A stretch of DNA of 64,000 nucleotides from Euryarchaeota archaeon UBA103 (GTDB lineage Archaea > Thermoplasmatota > Poseidoniia > Poseidoniales > Thalassarchaeaceae). Positions within the stretch are counted from its first letter, which is position 1. Each line of letters begins with the position of its first letter. Below the pieces are notes generated by a model that saw only the letters and a program-made list of their open reading frames with translations, was not told the DNA's origin and did no database searches. The stretch spans positions 33,077 through 97,076 of the forward strand of contig DAYH01000010.1 in NCBI GenBank assembly GCA_002506825.1. The letters run 5' to 3'. A program made the position numbers and the translations under genes. Of this stretch, positions 48,834 to 57,210 are shown piece by piece.

Positions 48834-51800
48834 TCACTCCCCCTTCAGAACTATGGCAAGATCGGACTTCAGAGCCCTTCTTGTGGTGTACAGTAATGCT
48901 ATCACAACAGCGACTAGCACCGAAGCATTGACCAGAATCAGCTCAGTCCACGGCCAGACCAAGTCCCTATCTATCGGAGCGCTTTGCCCCAGGAAAATCT
49001 GGAATATGAACCCGAAGACTCCGAAGAAACCGTTGAATGCCTCTGAGATTGCCAGTCCGAGTATGACTCCTAGGCCCATGCTTACTAGCAGAATAGCCAT
49101 TATTTCGAACATCACCAGTCTCAGAACCTGTTGGGGGCTAGCTCCGATTGCCTGCAGGATAGCTAGCTCTCTCTTCCTCTGTGAGAGAACTAGTGAGAGG
49201 AACACGAAGGCTGATGCGATTGATGCTAACGAGGCCACCACGAATTGTAGACTCAGGAGGCCAGGAGTTCCAAAGATGAGCCCCCCCGTCCTCTCGTTGG
49301 CCTCGTGATTGGTCCCCCAGTTACTGGATGATGCTACTCCGACACCATTTGATACCTCAACTCCAAGTGTCTTCAAAGCGTCCTTGCAGTTCTTCTGGGT
49401 TTCGTCACAAATTTCGAAAAACCAACGATTGGATATGTAAGAATCAACAGCATTTTCCCCCATAAGTTCCTTGTAAGTGGCCTCTCCTACGACTATTGCC
49501 TGATTTGCTTCAGAGGATTGTAGTCCCGGTACCCACCTGTGCCCGCCCAAGTAGGTAATGTCTGCCTGAGTAACGGTAGTAGTGATAATTGGATTCATTT
49601 CGCTATCTAGTCCTCCGAAACTGTATGATGTAAACTCAATGGTGATATTGGACCCTATGTCGGATTTGGAAATATCAAGTTGGCTTCTAGCTGAAGATCC
49701 AGCAGTGAATCCTGAGGATGCCCAGTCGGAAGATACTCGGGCAATATCATCTCCAGGAATAGTCTGCTCATCCCACTGAAGGGTATTCTCATGCCCATCG
49801 AATAGAATCCATGTCCTAAGTAGGGAGCCCTCTCCTTTCTGATTAGTGAAGATATCTCCCACTGAAGTCATGTAATCTATTGATTCGATCTCGGACTCGT
49901 CTGCTCTCTGGATGGCCAGTATCACTTCGTCCATCGCACGTTGCTGGGAAACGGGTTCTTCGAACTGAACCTGTAGATCGGCACCTGTCTGGGCAGAGGT
50001 AGTCCTCTCGTCGACTAGTGTCCCAGTATATCCCTGTACAGCCGCCACCGTGACGATGGATAGAGTTAGTAGAAGTATTATCGCTAGCCTGTTTACTGAC
50101 TCGCTTGATCCCGAGCCCTTCAATCCCCTCTTGATGTCATTCAGAACCGGGCTCCATCCGAATAGTATGGTGAAAATCCTTGGTCCAGCCGCACCGATCC
50201 TTCCCAATACAAGCGCCCCCCCTATCCATAGGAAGAATGGCCCAAAGAGGAATAGCAGTCCATCTACGATGAAGTTTGGGCTTATTCCACTCGAACCCCA
50301 TGGTCCGAAGCCCCCATTGCTTTCTATCCAACTCTCTACGAATGAGAGGATTCCAATGAAGAAAATTATTAGATGTAACCATAGTCTTGATTTCTTTCTT
50401 ACAGCAACTCTCCTGACTCCCTCGTCGATTTCAATGCTGAGGAAATCTTTGGTCCTAGAGCTTCCGAACAGTAGGGTAAGACCTACGGTTACCGTGAAAA
50501 TCAGTAGAGTAACGAGGCCACTCAGAGTTGGGACGACTCTGAAGTCGCTTCTCTCGAATGCCATGAATCCGACAGCATCCAGAACAACTGGAACCGAGGC
50601 CATCGCTAGTAGGTAGCCTGTAAACCACCCAATGACGCCCACCACTGCCAGTTCCCTGAGTATCATAGAGGTCAGGGCAGACTCCGTTCCACCTATTACC
50701 CTATGAATGGAAATCTCTCTTCTCCTCTGCTCCAATGACAGGACTAGGCCATAAATGAGAACTGAGAAAGAAAGGACGACTATCGGTATCATCAGTATGT
50801 AATCGAACACGCTGATTATCCCGAGGAAAATATTCAGGAAGCCTATCGTTCCTGAAATCAGATCATTGTACTCAATCATTATGTCATTACCTGCTGTATA
50901 GTTTACTCCCTCGATATCCCCTTTCAGGCCGTCTAACCAATCTGTGGCCGCTCTGGTGGAAGACGCGGGGAGCTCGTTTCGATCTATGGCGATGCCGAGA
51001 TAACCATGGTCATTATCCATCAGAGTGAGCTTCTGATCCTCAGTAAGTACCGAATCTGATACCATTATTGGGTTGAAAAGCAAAGTAGGGTTTCCAGCTC
51101 CCCCCTCTTGGTAAACTGCGGCAACCTTGAGGTCGTATACCGTCATGTTTACCTGACAGTAAAGGTACCCTGAATCTTGGTTGAAGTACTCTTCACCGGG
51201 ACAGTCGTCGAACCCTGTGGCAATGGCTGCGAATCCGAGATAGTCGTAGGTGTAGGAGAAAGTCAGAGTATCTATGGTATCGTTGACACCTACTCCTGCC
51301 TTACTAGCGATCTCTGAAGGGAGGATTATCGAGCGATTTGCAGATGCTTCTTCGGCGGAGCTTGGCCATGAACCATATATCACTCGATTAGCATGTCGTT
51401 CGCCCAAATCTCCATCCCATATACCATCTCCATAGAATCTAATCGTCCTCTTGTCATTGATCGGCGGCCCTGAGTCATATGCCTCTGGGTAGTCCCAACT
51501 GACATTAGTCCAGTCCCCAGTGATTCCTGTTGCACCCACTGCATTGAGTGGTTGTGGTATTATGCCTCCCTCATCAAAGAATCCGCTGACCCTGACTCCC
51601 TGTCTGCCAAACACGAGTCCGCAGTCAGAAATCTCTTCCATCTCTATCAACTCAGAGCAAGCTGACTCCCATAGTGTTGAGTCGTTTGTCCTGCCCTCTG
51701 AATCAGAGTCGGGATCTTCTGCGAAGTCCACCTTACCATCGAATATCTCCTCTTGGAGAGAAAACTGCAGGAATGCACCACTGAGGCCCGCCGAGTAGGC

Positions 51801-52427
51801 TAGGACTGTTGTGATTACGAGTGAGGCTAGGAATACTCCTGCGAAAACTGCCAGAACCCTTTCTCTGCCAATCCAAGCGCTTCTCGCGGACATAGACAAA
51901 TTATCTGGAATCGCAGATATAATCTCGGCCATAGAGGCTTCTATGGGGGCGTTTGTAGGTACAGCGCCATACTTGTTCTTACTGGATTCACCCTCCAAAA
52001 AAAGGAAAAATCCAATCACTAGCAGTCCTATAACTGTAGGAGATAGAAGTAGCCACCAACCAGACCTCCCCACATCATGCAACCTACGTATAGTAACTGT
52101 TGTGAACGAAAAGAAGAAGAGTAGCTGTAGAAAAACGATTAGATATAGCAGTGGCCCAATAATCAGAGTAGTGAACAATCCACTCCCCACTGATGCTGCC
52201 AAACCAGCTAAGGCGCCTGTATAAAACAAATTTACAATTACCAGTCCTGGGGCTATAGGGAGGTAGTCGAGAAAATTCCACCAGAATTCAGATCTCGATG
52301 CCCTGCCACTAAAATCTCCTGTCTTAACAAGACCTGTCTTAATGGCCTCAAGATAGGTCATTGACCTGGTGGGCCTATGATCTTCCTGGTAGTAGAGGTC
52401 CATCAGGGATTCCCCCCTTCTCCCCAT
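48834..52427 (-). CDS. Fusion protein: N-terminal DUF805 membrane domain plus a double FtsX-domain (MacB/YbbP-like) ABC permease with two large extracytoplasmic domains
   Basis: DUF805 motifs 'GRASRSEFWWNFL', 'IRRLHDVGRSGWWLLL', 'SKNKYG'. Two FtsX modules: '...EQRRREISIHRVIGGTESAL...' and '...SQRKRELAILQAIGASPQQVL...'. Alternative start at ATG 52403 shares one base with the upstream TGA (TGATG). Confidence 0.75.
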   Translation of the reverse strand: MGRRGESLMDLYYQEDHRPTRSMTYLEAIKTGLVKTGDFSGRASRSEFWWNFLDYLPIAPGLVIVNLFYTGALAGLAASVGSGLFTTLIIGPLLYLIVFLQLLFFFSFTTVTIRRLHDVGRSGWWLLLSPTVIGLLVIGFFLFLEGESSKNKYGAVPTNAPIEASMAEIISAIPDNLSMSARSAWIGRERVLAVFAGVFLASLVITTVLAYSAGLSGAFLQFSLQEEIFDGKVDFAEDPDSDSEGRTNDSTLWESACSELIEMEEISDCGLVFGRQGVRVSGFFDEGGIIPQPLNAVGATGITGDWTNVSWDYPEAYDSGPPINDKRTIRFYGDGIWDGDLGERHANRVIYGSWPSSAEEASANRSIILPSEIASKAGVGVNDTIDTLTFSYTYDYLGFAAIATGFDDCPGEEYFNQDSGYLYCQVNMTVYDLKVAAVYQEGGAGNPTLLFNPIMVSDSVLTEDQKLTLMDNDHGYLGIAIDRNELPASSTRAATDWLDGLKGDIEGVNYTAGNDIMIEYNDLISGTIGFLNIFLGIISVFDYILMIPIVVLSFSVLIYGLVLSLEQRRREISIHRVIGGTESALTSMILRELAVVGVIGWFTGYLLAMASVPVVLDAVGFMAFERSDFRVVPTLSGLVTLLIFTVTVGLTLLFGSSRTKDFLSIEIDEGVRRVAVRKKSRLWLHLIIFFIGILSFVESWIESNGGFGPWGSSGISPNFIVDGLLFLFGPFFLWIGGALVLGRIGAAGPRIFTILFGWSPVLNDIKRGLKGSGSSESVNRLAIILLLTLSIVTVAAVQGYTGTLVDERTTSAQTGADLQVQFEEPVSQQRAMDEVILAIQRADESEIESIDYMTSVGDIFTNQKGEGSLLRTWILFDGHENTLQWDEQTIPGDDIARVSSDWASSGFTAGSSARSQLDISKSDIGSNITIEFTSYSFGGLDSEMNPIITTTVTQADITYLGGHRWVPGLQSSEANQAIVVGEATYKELMGENAVDSYISNRWFFEICDETQKNCKDALKTLGVEVSNGVGVASSSNWGTNHEANERTGGLIFGTPGLLSLQFVVASLASIASAFVFLSLVLSQRKRELAILQAIGASPQQVLRLVMFEIMAILLVSMGLGVILGLAISEAFNGFFGVFGFIFQIFLGQSAPIDRDLVWPWTELILVNASVLVAVVIALLYTTRRALKSDLAIVLKGE

Positions 52428-53107
52428 GCGGAGCGTATGTCCGAAGCGGCGGTTACTCCATCCCTCAGGAGAAGCATCCTATCTGCCTTAGACGCAAGGT
52501 TGGGGTCGTGAGTGACCATTAGTACGGAAATTCCGTAGTCCTCGCAGAGTTCCTTGAACAGATCGAGTATTCCCTCGGCACTCTTTACATCTAGATTGCC
52601 AGTTGGCTCGTCTGCTAGAATTAGCGGTCTGGAGCCTGAAATCGCCCTAGCTATGGCCACTCTCTGCCTCTGTCCACCAGAAAGCTGGTCGGGGATGAAG
52701 TTCATTCTATCTGACAAACCAACCTTCCTAAGGGCATCCATTGCCTGGCTCTCTGCTTGAGCAGATGGTACACCAGCTAGCTCGAGTGCGAAAATAACGT
52801 TGTCTAAGGCTGATAGCCTATCTATGAGGTGGTAGTCCTGGAAAATCCATCCCACACCTTTCCTCCTAACATCCACCACTCTGTTCGGAGGGTAAGTACC
52901 ATACTCGAAGTCAGTAAGGGAAATGGAGCCTGAATCAGCCTCTAAGAGGCCTCCTATGATGTTCAGAAGAGTAGACTTACCACATCCGGAAGGACCCATT
53001 AGCGCTACGAGCTCGCCTGATTCTATCTTGAGGTCAATGCCCTTTAGGACCTCGAGTCTCCTCCTGCCGGAACCAAAGCCCTTCTTCAGCCCACTGACCG
53101 CCAGCAT
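52403..53107 (-). CDS. ABC transporter ATP-binding protein (MacB/LolD type)
   Basis: 'GPSGCGKST', '[14 protein letters not shown]', '[12 protein letters not shown]', and H-loop 'MVTHD'. Confidence 0.9.
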   Translation of the reverse strand: MLAVSGLKKGFGSGRRRLEVLKGIDLKIESGELVALMGPSGCGKSTLLNIIGGLLEADSGSISLTDFEYGTYPPNRVVDVRRKGVGWIFQDYHLIDRLSALDNVIFALELAGVPSAQAESQAMDALRKVGLSDRMNFIPDQLSGGQRQRVAIARAISGSRPLILADEPTGNLDVKSAEGILDLFKELCEDYGISVLMVTHDPNLASKADRMLLLRDGVTAASDIRSAWGEGGNP

Positions 53108-53172
53108 GATACATCGTGAAATGAGGAGTTTATAATCAGTGGTTGTTCTTGAACTAAGGGAGTTTCAAATGA

Positions 53173-54255
53173 TTATTTATTCAGAGCCTCGTTGTATGCT
53201 TCAGCGAGTGATTTTCCTTGGGATTTCGGACTTAGGAGGTTATCGACATGTTTCATCAGGTCCTCAGAGGGGTGTCTTGGAACTCCCCCGGCCGCTCTCC
53301 AATCAGAATGGATACGGACTATCTCGTCCACCCAGTCCTGAGTTGCAGTAGGGAGGAGTAGGCAACTATCGGGGATAATCTCATTATGAGCTGGAAGATT
53401 TGTGGCTATGACTGGGCACCCTGCGGCCATTGCCTCGGCAGGAGGGTATCCGAATCCTTCACTAGCACTGGGGAAGAGTAGAACCTCCGCACTCTGCAGA
53501 GCGGCAAGTAACTGATCATCGGTAAGCTTGACTTCGCTTCCAATATGTATTACGTTGATATCTGTTGAAACATCATCTGGCAGTGAGGAGATAACGTGTT
53601 TTGCGAAGTTGAGCCTTTTTCTCTCCTCGTCACTGCCCAATGTAATCACCAACATCTTAGAGTCACTATCCAAGTCCCCAAGAAGATCTCTTGGTTTGGG
53701 ATTAGAAAATGGGCTCCAGTATTCTGTATCTATCTGGTGCCTTACTAGAGCCGTTCTCTTTCCTGGAAACATCTTCCTGACATCCATCAGTGTGCTTTCC
53801 GAGATACAGATGATCATATCCGCCCTTTCTAGGCCCTTCTTCAACATCTTCAAGTCTCTTCTTCTGAAGAGGCCGGGGTTTTGATCTCCGACTGACACAG
53901 TCACATCTCCTCCAATTATCTTCCTAGGGCTAATATGGAAGAGATCGTGAACAGTGACCACTACTGGGACTGGGCAGCTCTTAGGGACCAGATGGGCCTG
54001 CTCCTGATCGGTAATGTGAATCAAATCTGCAGGTGTTGATTCAGATATTTTTGCTACTGACCTCGGGTGGTAGTACCATCTTCTTAATGCTCTTTGAATG
54101 AGTCCTGTGACTTGGTCGTGCTCGATTGTTCCTACTTTGGTCCATTGTGGTACAAGCGCTCTTTCCAGTAGTGACTCGATTGACTGATGGGCTCTGCCTA
54201 AGCCCGAGCTCTCACCCAGACGACCTCCCCTGACCAGTAGAACTCTGCTCACCAC
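53173..54255 (-). CDS. GT4-family glycosyltransferase
   Basis: C-terminal 'LLFPSASEGFGYPPAEAMAAGCPVIAT' (EX7E region). GTG start. Confidence 0.75.
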   Translation of the reverse strand: MVSRVLLVRGGRLGESSGLGRAHQSIESLLERALVPQWTKVGTIEHDQVTGLIQRALRRWYYHPRSVAKISESTPADLIHITDQEQAHLVPKSCPVPVVVTVHDLFHISPRKIIGGDVTVSVGDQNPGLFRRRDLKMLKKGLERADMIICISESTLMDVRKMFPGKRTALVRHQIDTEYWSPFSNPKPRDLLGDLDSDSKMLVITLGSDEERKRLNFAKHVISSLPDDVSTDINVIHIGSEVKLTDDQLLAALQSAEVLLFPSASEGFGYPPAEAMAAGCPVIATNLPAHNEIIPDSCLLLPTATQDWVDEIVRIHSDWRAAGGVPRHPSEDLMKHVDNLLSPKSQGKSLAEAYNEALNK

Positions 54256-54305
54256 GGCCTCACCAAGGCGTATCGGACTTAAACGAGGACGGATGATGGA
54301 GCTTC

Positions 54306-55541
54306 ATGGCGCGCAATGGCGAGGGGTCGGTTCGGCCTCAGGCTAGATTACTGGTCGCCAAAGGTAGCTTCTCTGTAATGGGAGGGGGCGAGAGGGATAT
54401 TATCAGAAATCTGCCTGCCCTATCAAAGAAATTCAAAGTTACGGTAGCTACTCTTGACAGTTCTAATGAGCTCGACTCATTGTGTGAAGAATATGGCCTT
54501 GATCTAATGAAACCGGATGTTCGTTGGACTCCTCCTAAGGGACCGATATCTAGAATTTTGGATAGGGGATTCTCCAGTTCCTTAGAGAGCTGGAAATCGA
54601 TTGAGGGGTTAGTTGAGATTTTAGGAGATTTAGATTACTTACATCTGACGAGCGGAGATGGCAGTCTCTCTATCCTGGAAATCATCCCCGCTAGAATATC
54701 AGTACACTTGCACCTGCTTGAACCCCATAGAGGACTTCACGAGGATGTTTTACATCGAATGGTGGATGGATCCCCTAGGCGTAATCTTAGCTTGACTAGA
54801 GCGGCTTTGAGTATGGCCAGAAGAAAGGACTTGTCCAAAATGAGAAGAGTTTCCTCAAGAGACAGAACTGCAATCAGTGGTAATTCAGAGTTCACATCTT
54901 CACGTATCGAGGACGTATATGGAATTTCATCAGGAGTTCTGCCTCCCAGCTTGGACCCAGAAGAGTTTCCATCGAGTCGCCTAGAGGACGAGAGTTCGTC
55001 CTTGTTTGAGATTGATAGTCCATATGTAGTAACCATAGGAAGGGCGAGTTGGGCCAAAGGAACTTGGGAGGCAATTTCTATGTTGAGAGGGACCGGTTTC
55101 TCACTCGCATTGGTTGGCGGGGGAGAAGATGAAAGCATTGATTCTCTAATTGAGCATGCTAAGTCCTGTCAAGTAGGGTTATGGGTCGCTCCAAGGCTTG
55201 ATTCGTCCGATCTTTGCAGTCTTGTCAAGGGAGCGGTTGCAGTCATCAGTATGGCTCATTCGGAGCCTTTCGGACTTACTCCGATTGAAGCACAGTCTCT
55301 TGGAACGCCAGCTCTTTTCGTAGATGAGGGGGGATTCAGAGAGACGATATCTGATGGAGTATCTGGAAGGCTCCTTCCCAGAGATGACTATTCTGCTTGG
55401 CATGAGGCTCTAGCAGAGGCTGGAGAAGCAGACAATCGTTCTTCGTGGTCAAAGAATGGAAGAGCTAACATTGCCAATATGGGGCTGAACCCAGAGGTAT
55501 TTTCCAAGAGACTAGAAGAGATTTTTCTAAGTTTGGAATGA
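54306..55541 (+). CDS. GT4-family glycosyltransferase
   Basis: 'MAHSEPFGLTPIEAQSLGTPALFVDEGGFRETI' (EX7E region). Divergent from the previous GT4 across a 50-bp spacer. Confidence 0.75.
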   Translation: MARNGEGSVRPQARLLVAKGSFSVMGGGERDIIRNLPALSKKFKVTVATLDSSNELDSLCEEYGLDLMKPDVRWTPPKGPISRILDRGFSSSLESWKSIEGLVEILGDLDYLHLTSGDGSLSILEIIPARISVHLHLLEPHRGLHEDVLHRMVDGSPRRNLSLTRAALSMARRKDLSKMRRVSSRDRTAISGNSEFTSSRIEDVYGISSGVLPPSLDPEEFPSSRLEDESSSLFEIDSPYVVTIGRASWAKGTWEAISMLRGTGFSLALVGGGEDESIDSLIEHAKSCQVGLWVAPRLDSSDLCSLVKGAVAVISMAHSEPFGLTPIEAQSLGTPALFVDEGGFRETISDGVSGRLLPRDDYSAWHEALAEAGEADNRSSWSKNGRANIANMGLNPEVFSKRLEEIFLSLE

Positions 55542-55543
55542 GC

Positions 55544-56137
55544 CTATTCAATCCTAACTATCTTCGGAAGCGTGAATTTGAATACCAGTGCTGAAGATGT
55601 TATTCCTAGAGTCAATAGGGAGAAGGAGGCCCAAAGAGGCAAAATCGAAGCCGTTTCAGAAGGAAGCCAGAATGGGAGAACATCGAATAGTGATTCGCCT
55701 CTAACTAATTTTCCTCCAATTGAAGATGCCATTGAAGTCATTAAGAACGCAATACCGGCTGTTGCGGACTGTAGAAATGCTAGGGGTCTTTCTTCCCATA
55801 ATCCGGGGCCCATTCTAATTCTTCCTATTACGAAAGCGCTCCAGAAGCCTAGAGCTAGACCACTGTAAACGAACTTATTGTAAAGAAGCGCACTTTCTGC
55901 TTGACCGTCGGCCGCAATATTGCCACTCAGAATAGCAATTGGCAGGAAAATTAGAGCCAATACGGAGCCAGCTAATGACGCCCTATCCATAGTAACCATT
56001 AGGGATTCGTTATTGATTTCCGAAGTAGGGATGATCCTAGAAATTGAACAACCGATGGCACACAGTGTAGCCAGTACCATGGAACCAACTACAATCTCCG
56101 CCATTGCAGTATGGAATGTTGCCGCACCCACCATCAT
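55544..56137 (-). CDS. Hypothetical ~5-TM membrane protein; last gene of the surface operon
   Basis: An ORF with five hydrophobic helices. Its ATG overlaps the stop of the upstream gene (ATGA). Confidence 0.5.
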   Translation of the reverse strand: MMVGAATFHTAMAEIVVGSMVLATLCAIGCSISRIIPTSEINNESLMVTMDRASLAGSVLALIFLPIAILSGNIAADGQAESALLYNKFVYSGLALGFWSAFVIGRIRMGPGLWEERPLAFLQSATAGIAFLMTSMASSIGGKLVRGESLFDVLPFWLPSETASILPLWASFSLLTLGITSSALVFKFTLPKIVRIE

Positions 56138-57210
56138 TCATCACCTCCGTTATACTCAGGATCTTCTATCCATTCTTGTGATTCTGGATTCCAAAGCCAG
56201 CCTGGATTCTCTTCGGATCTTATCATTTCTGATGACGCGACAATCTGCGTCTGATCCAGAATATCCCTCTCAATGGAAGGGTAAAGACGAGCTTGTAGAG
56301 TTACTAAAAATGAGATAATCAATAATGCGAATGCGAAAGAATGTGCCCTGGCCGACCACACATCTCCCTCGAATGGAGGAGGGGCGGTACCCATCTTTAG
56401 CCAAGGCTGTTCTACAGCAAAGGTCCCATTGTACGTTGTAACCCTATACAGGATGTTAGCCTCTCCCATGGTAGCGGGAATACTGACTTCCCAATCATTG
56501 CAGAAGTCTTCTGTTTCTTCTATACAAACCGACTCTACAGAGGTGGGATTCCACTCTCCATCAAGCATCCATTCCACACTAATGTCAGTTGAGTTCCTAG
56601 TGCTAATAGACAGTAGACTGCTATCTCCGGAGACCCTGAATGAGGGTGCTATCCAGTCATTTGCCAGCCCTGGGAGGCCCTCGGGAACATCTTGGACAAT
56701 CACTTCGAATTTTTCACTAACTCCGGAGTATGCCTTATCACCCGCATAAGAGCCATGATGGATCTCTGCATACAAGCTATGGCTACCAGAATTTGCAGGT
56801 GAAAGAAGTACCCATGTTACTGTAACCGAGCCAGAGGAGGGAGCTTTTGTCTCGATATAGTTGGATGATCCTCCATTCGGATCTTGAATCAAATGCCAGC
56901 CGTGATCTTCAGGGGTATCTGAGTTTCCATTTAGAGACCCTAGAATGAATATTCCAATGATGTTGCTTGGAGTACTGATATCTTCGATTGTAACATGAAT
57001 AGCTACTGCCTGTCCTGAAAATGCCTCATTACCTGTAGTGATTTCAATAGTTGCGTCTGATGGCATACTTAGTGCTGGGTCACCATGGCACGAGCCACCA
57101 CAGGAGTAGTCCCTGTCTCCATCGCCGTTGCCCCCTGGATTCGCTACAGAGCTTCCTGGAGCTAGGATTAGCGTGATACAAATAAGAAACACAATCGCGC
57201 TCCGGTTCAT
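56134..57210 (-). CDS. Secreted, TM-anchored protein (358 aa) with an N-terminal Cys-x3-Cys-His-Gly beta-sandwich-like module
   Basis: Signal peptide 'IVFLICITLILAPGSSVA', 'YSCGGSCHGD', 'APSSGSVTVTW', C-terminal TM 'FAFALLIISFLVTL'. ATGA overlap with the upstream gene. Confidence 0.6.
   Translation of the reverse strand: MNRSAIVFLICITLILAPGSSVANPGGNGDGDRDYSCGGSCHGDPALSMPSDATIEITTGNEAFSGQAVAIHVTIEDISTPSNIIGIFILGSLNGNSDTPEDHGWHLIQDPNGGSSNYIETKAPSSGSVTVTWVLLSPANSGSHSLYAEIHHGSYAGDKAYSGVSEKFEVIVQDVPEGLPGLANDWIAPSFRVSGDSSLLSISTRNSTDISVEWMLDGEWNPTSVESVCIEETEDFCNDWEVSIPATMGEANILYRVTTYNGTFAVEQPWLKMGTAPPPFEGDVWSARAHSFAFALLIISFLVTLQARLYPSIERDILDQTQIVASSEMIRSEENPGWLWNPESQEWIEDPEYNGGDE

Noticed and set aside
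50050-50616. 188-aa plus-strand ORF (the same reasoning applies to 48853..49308 and 51811..52224)
   Set aside because: It is antisense within the FtsX permease gene, whose own frame carries clear domain motifs.
55544-56137. Idea that the operon's membrane protein is a cytochrome b561/di-heme b partner for the Reeler-like modules
   Set aside because: The 197-aa sequence contains a single histidine (position 8), which is incompatible with bis-His ligation of two hemes.
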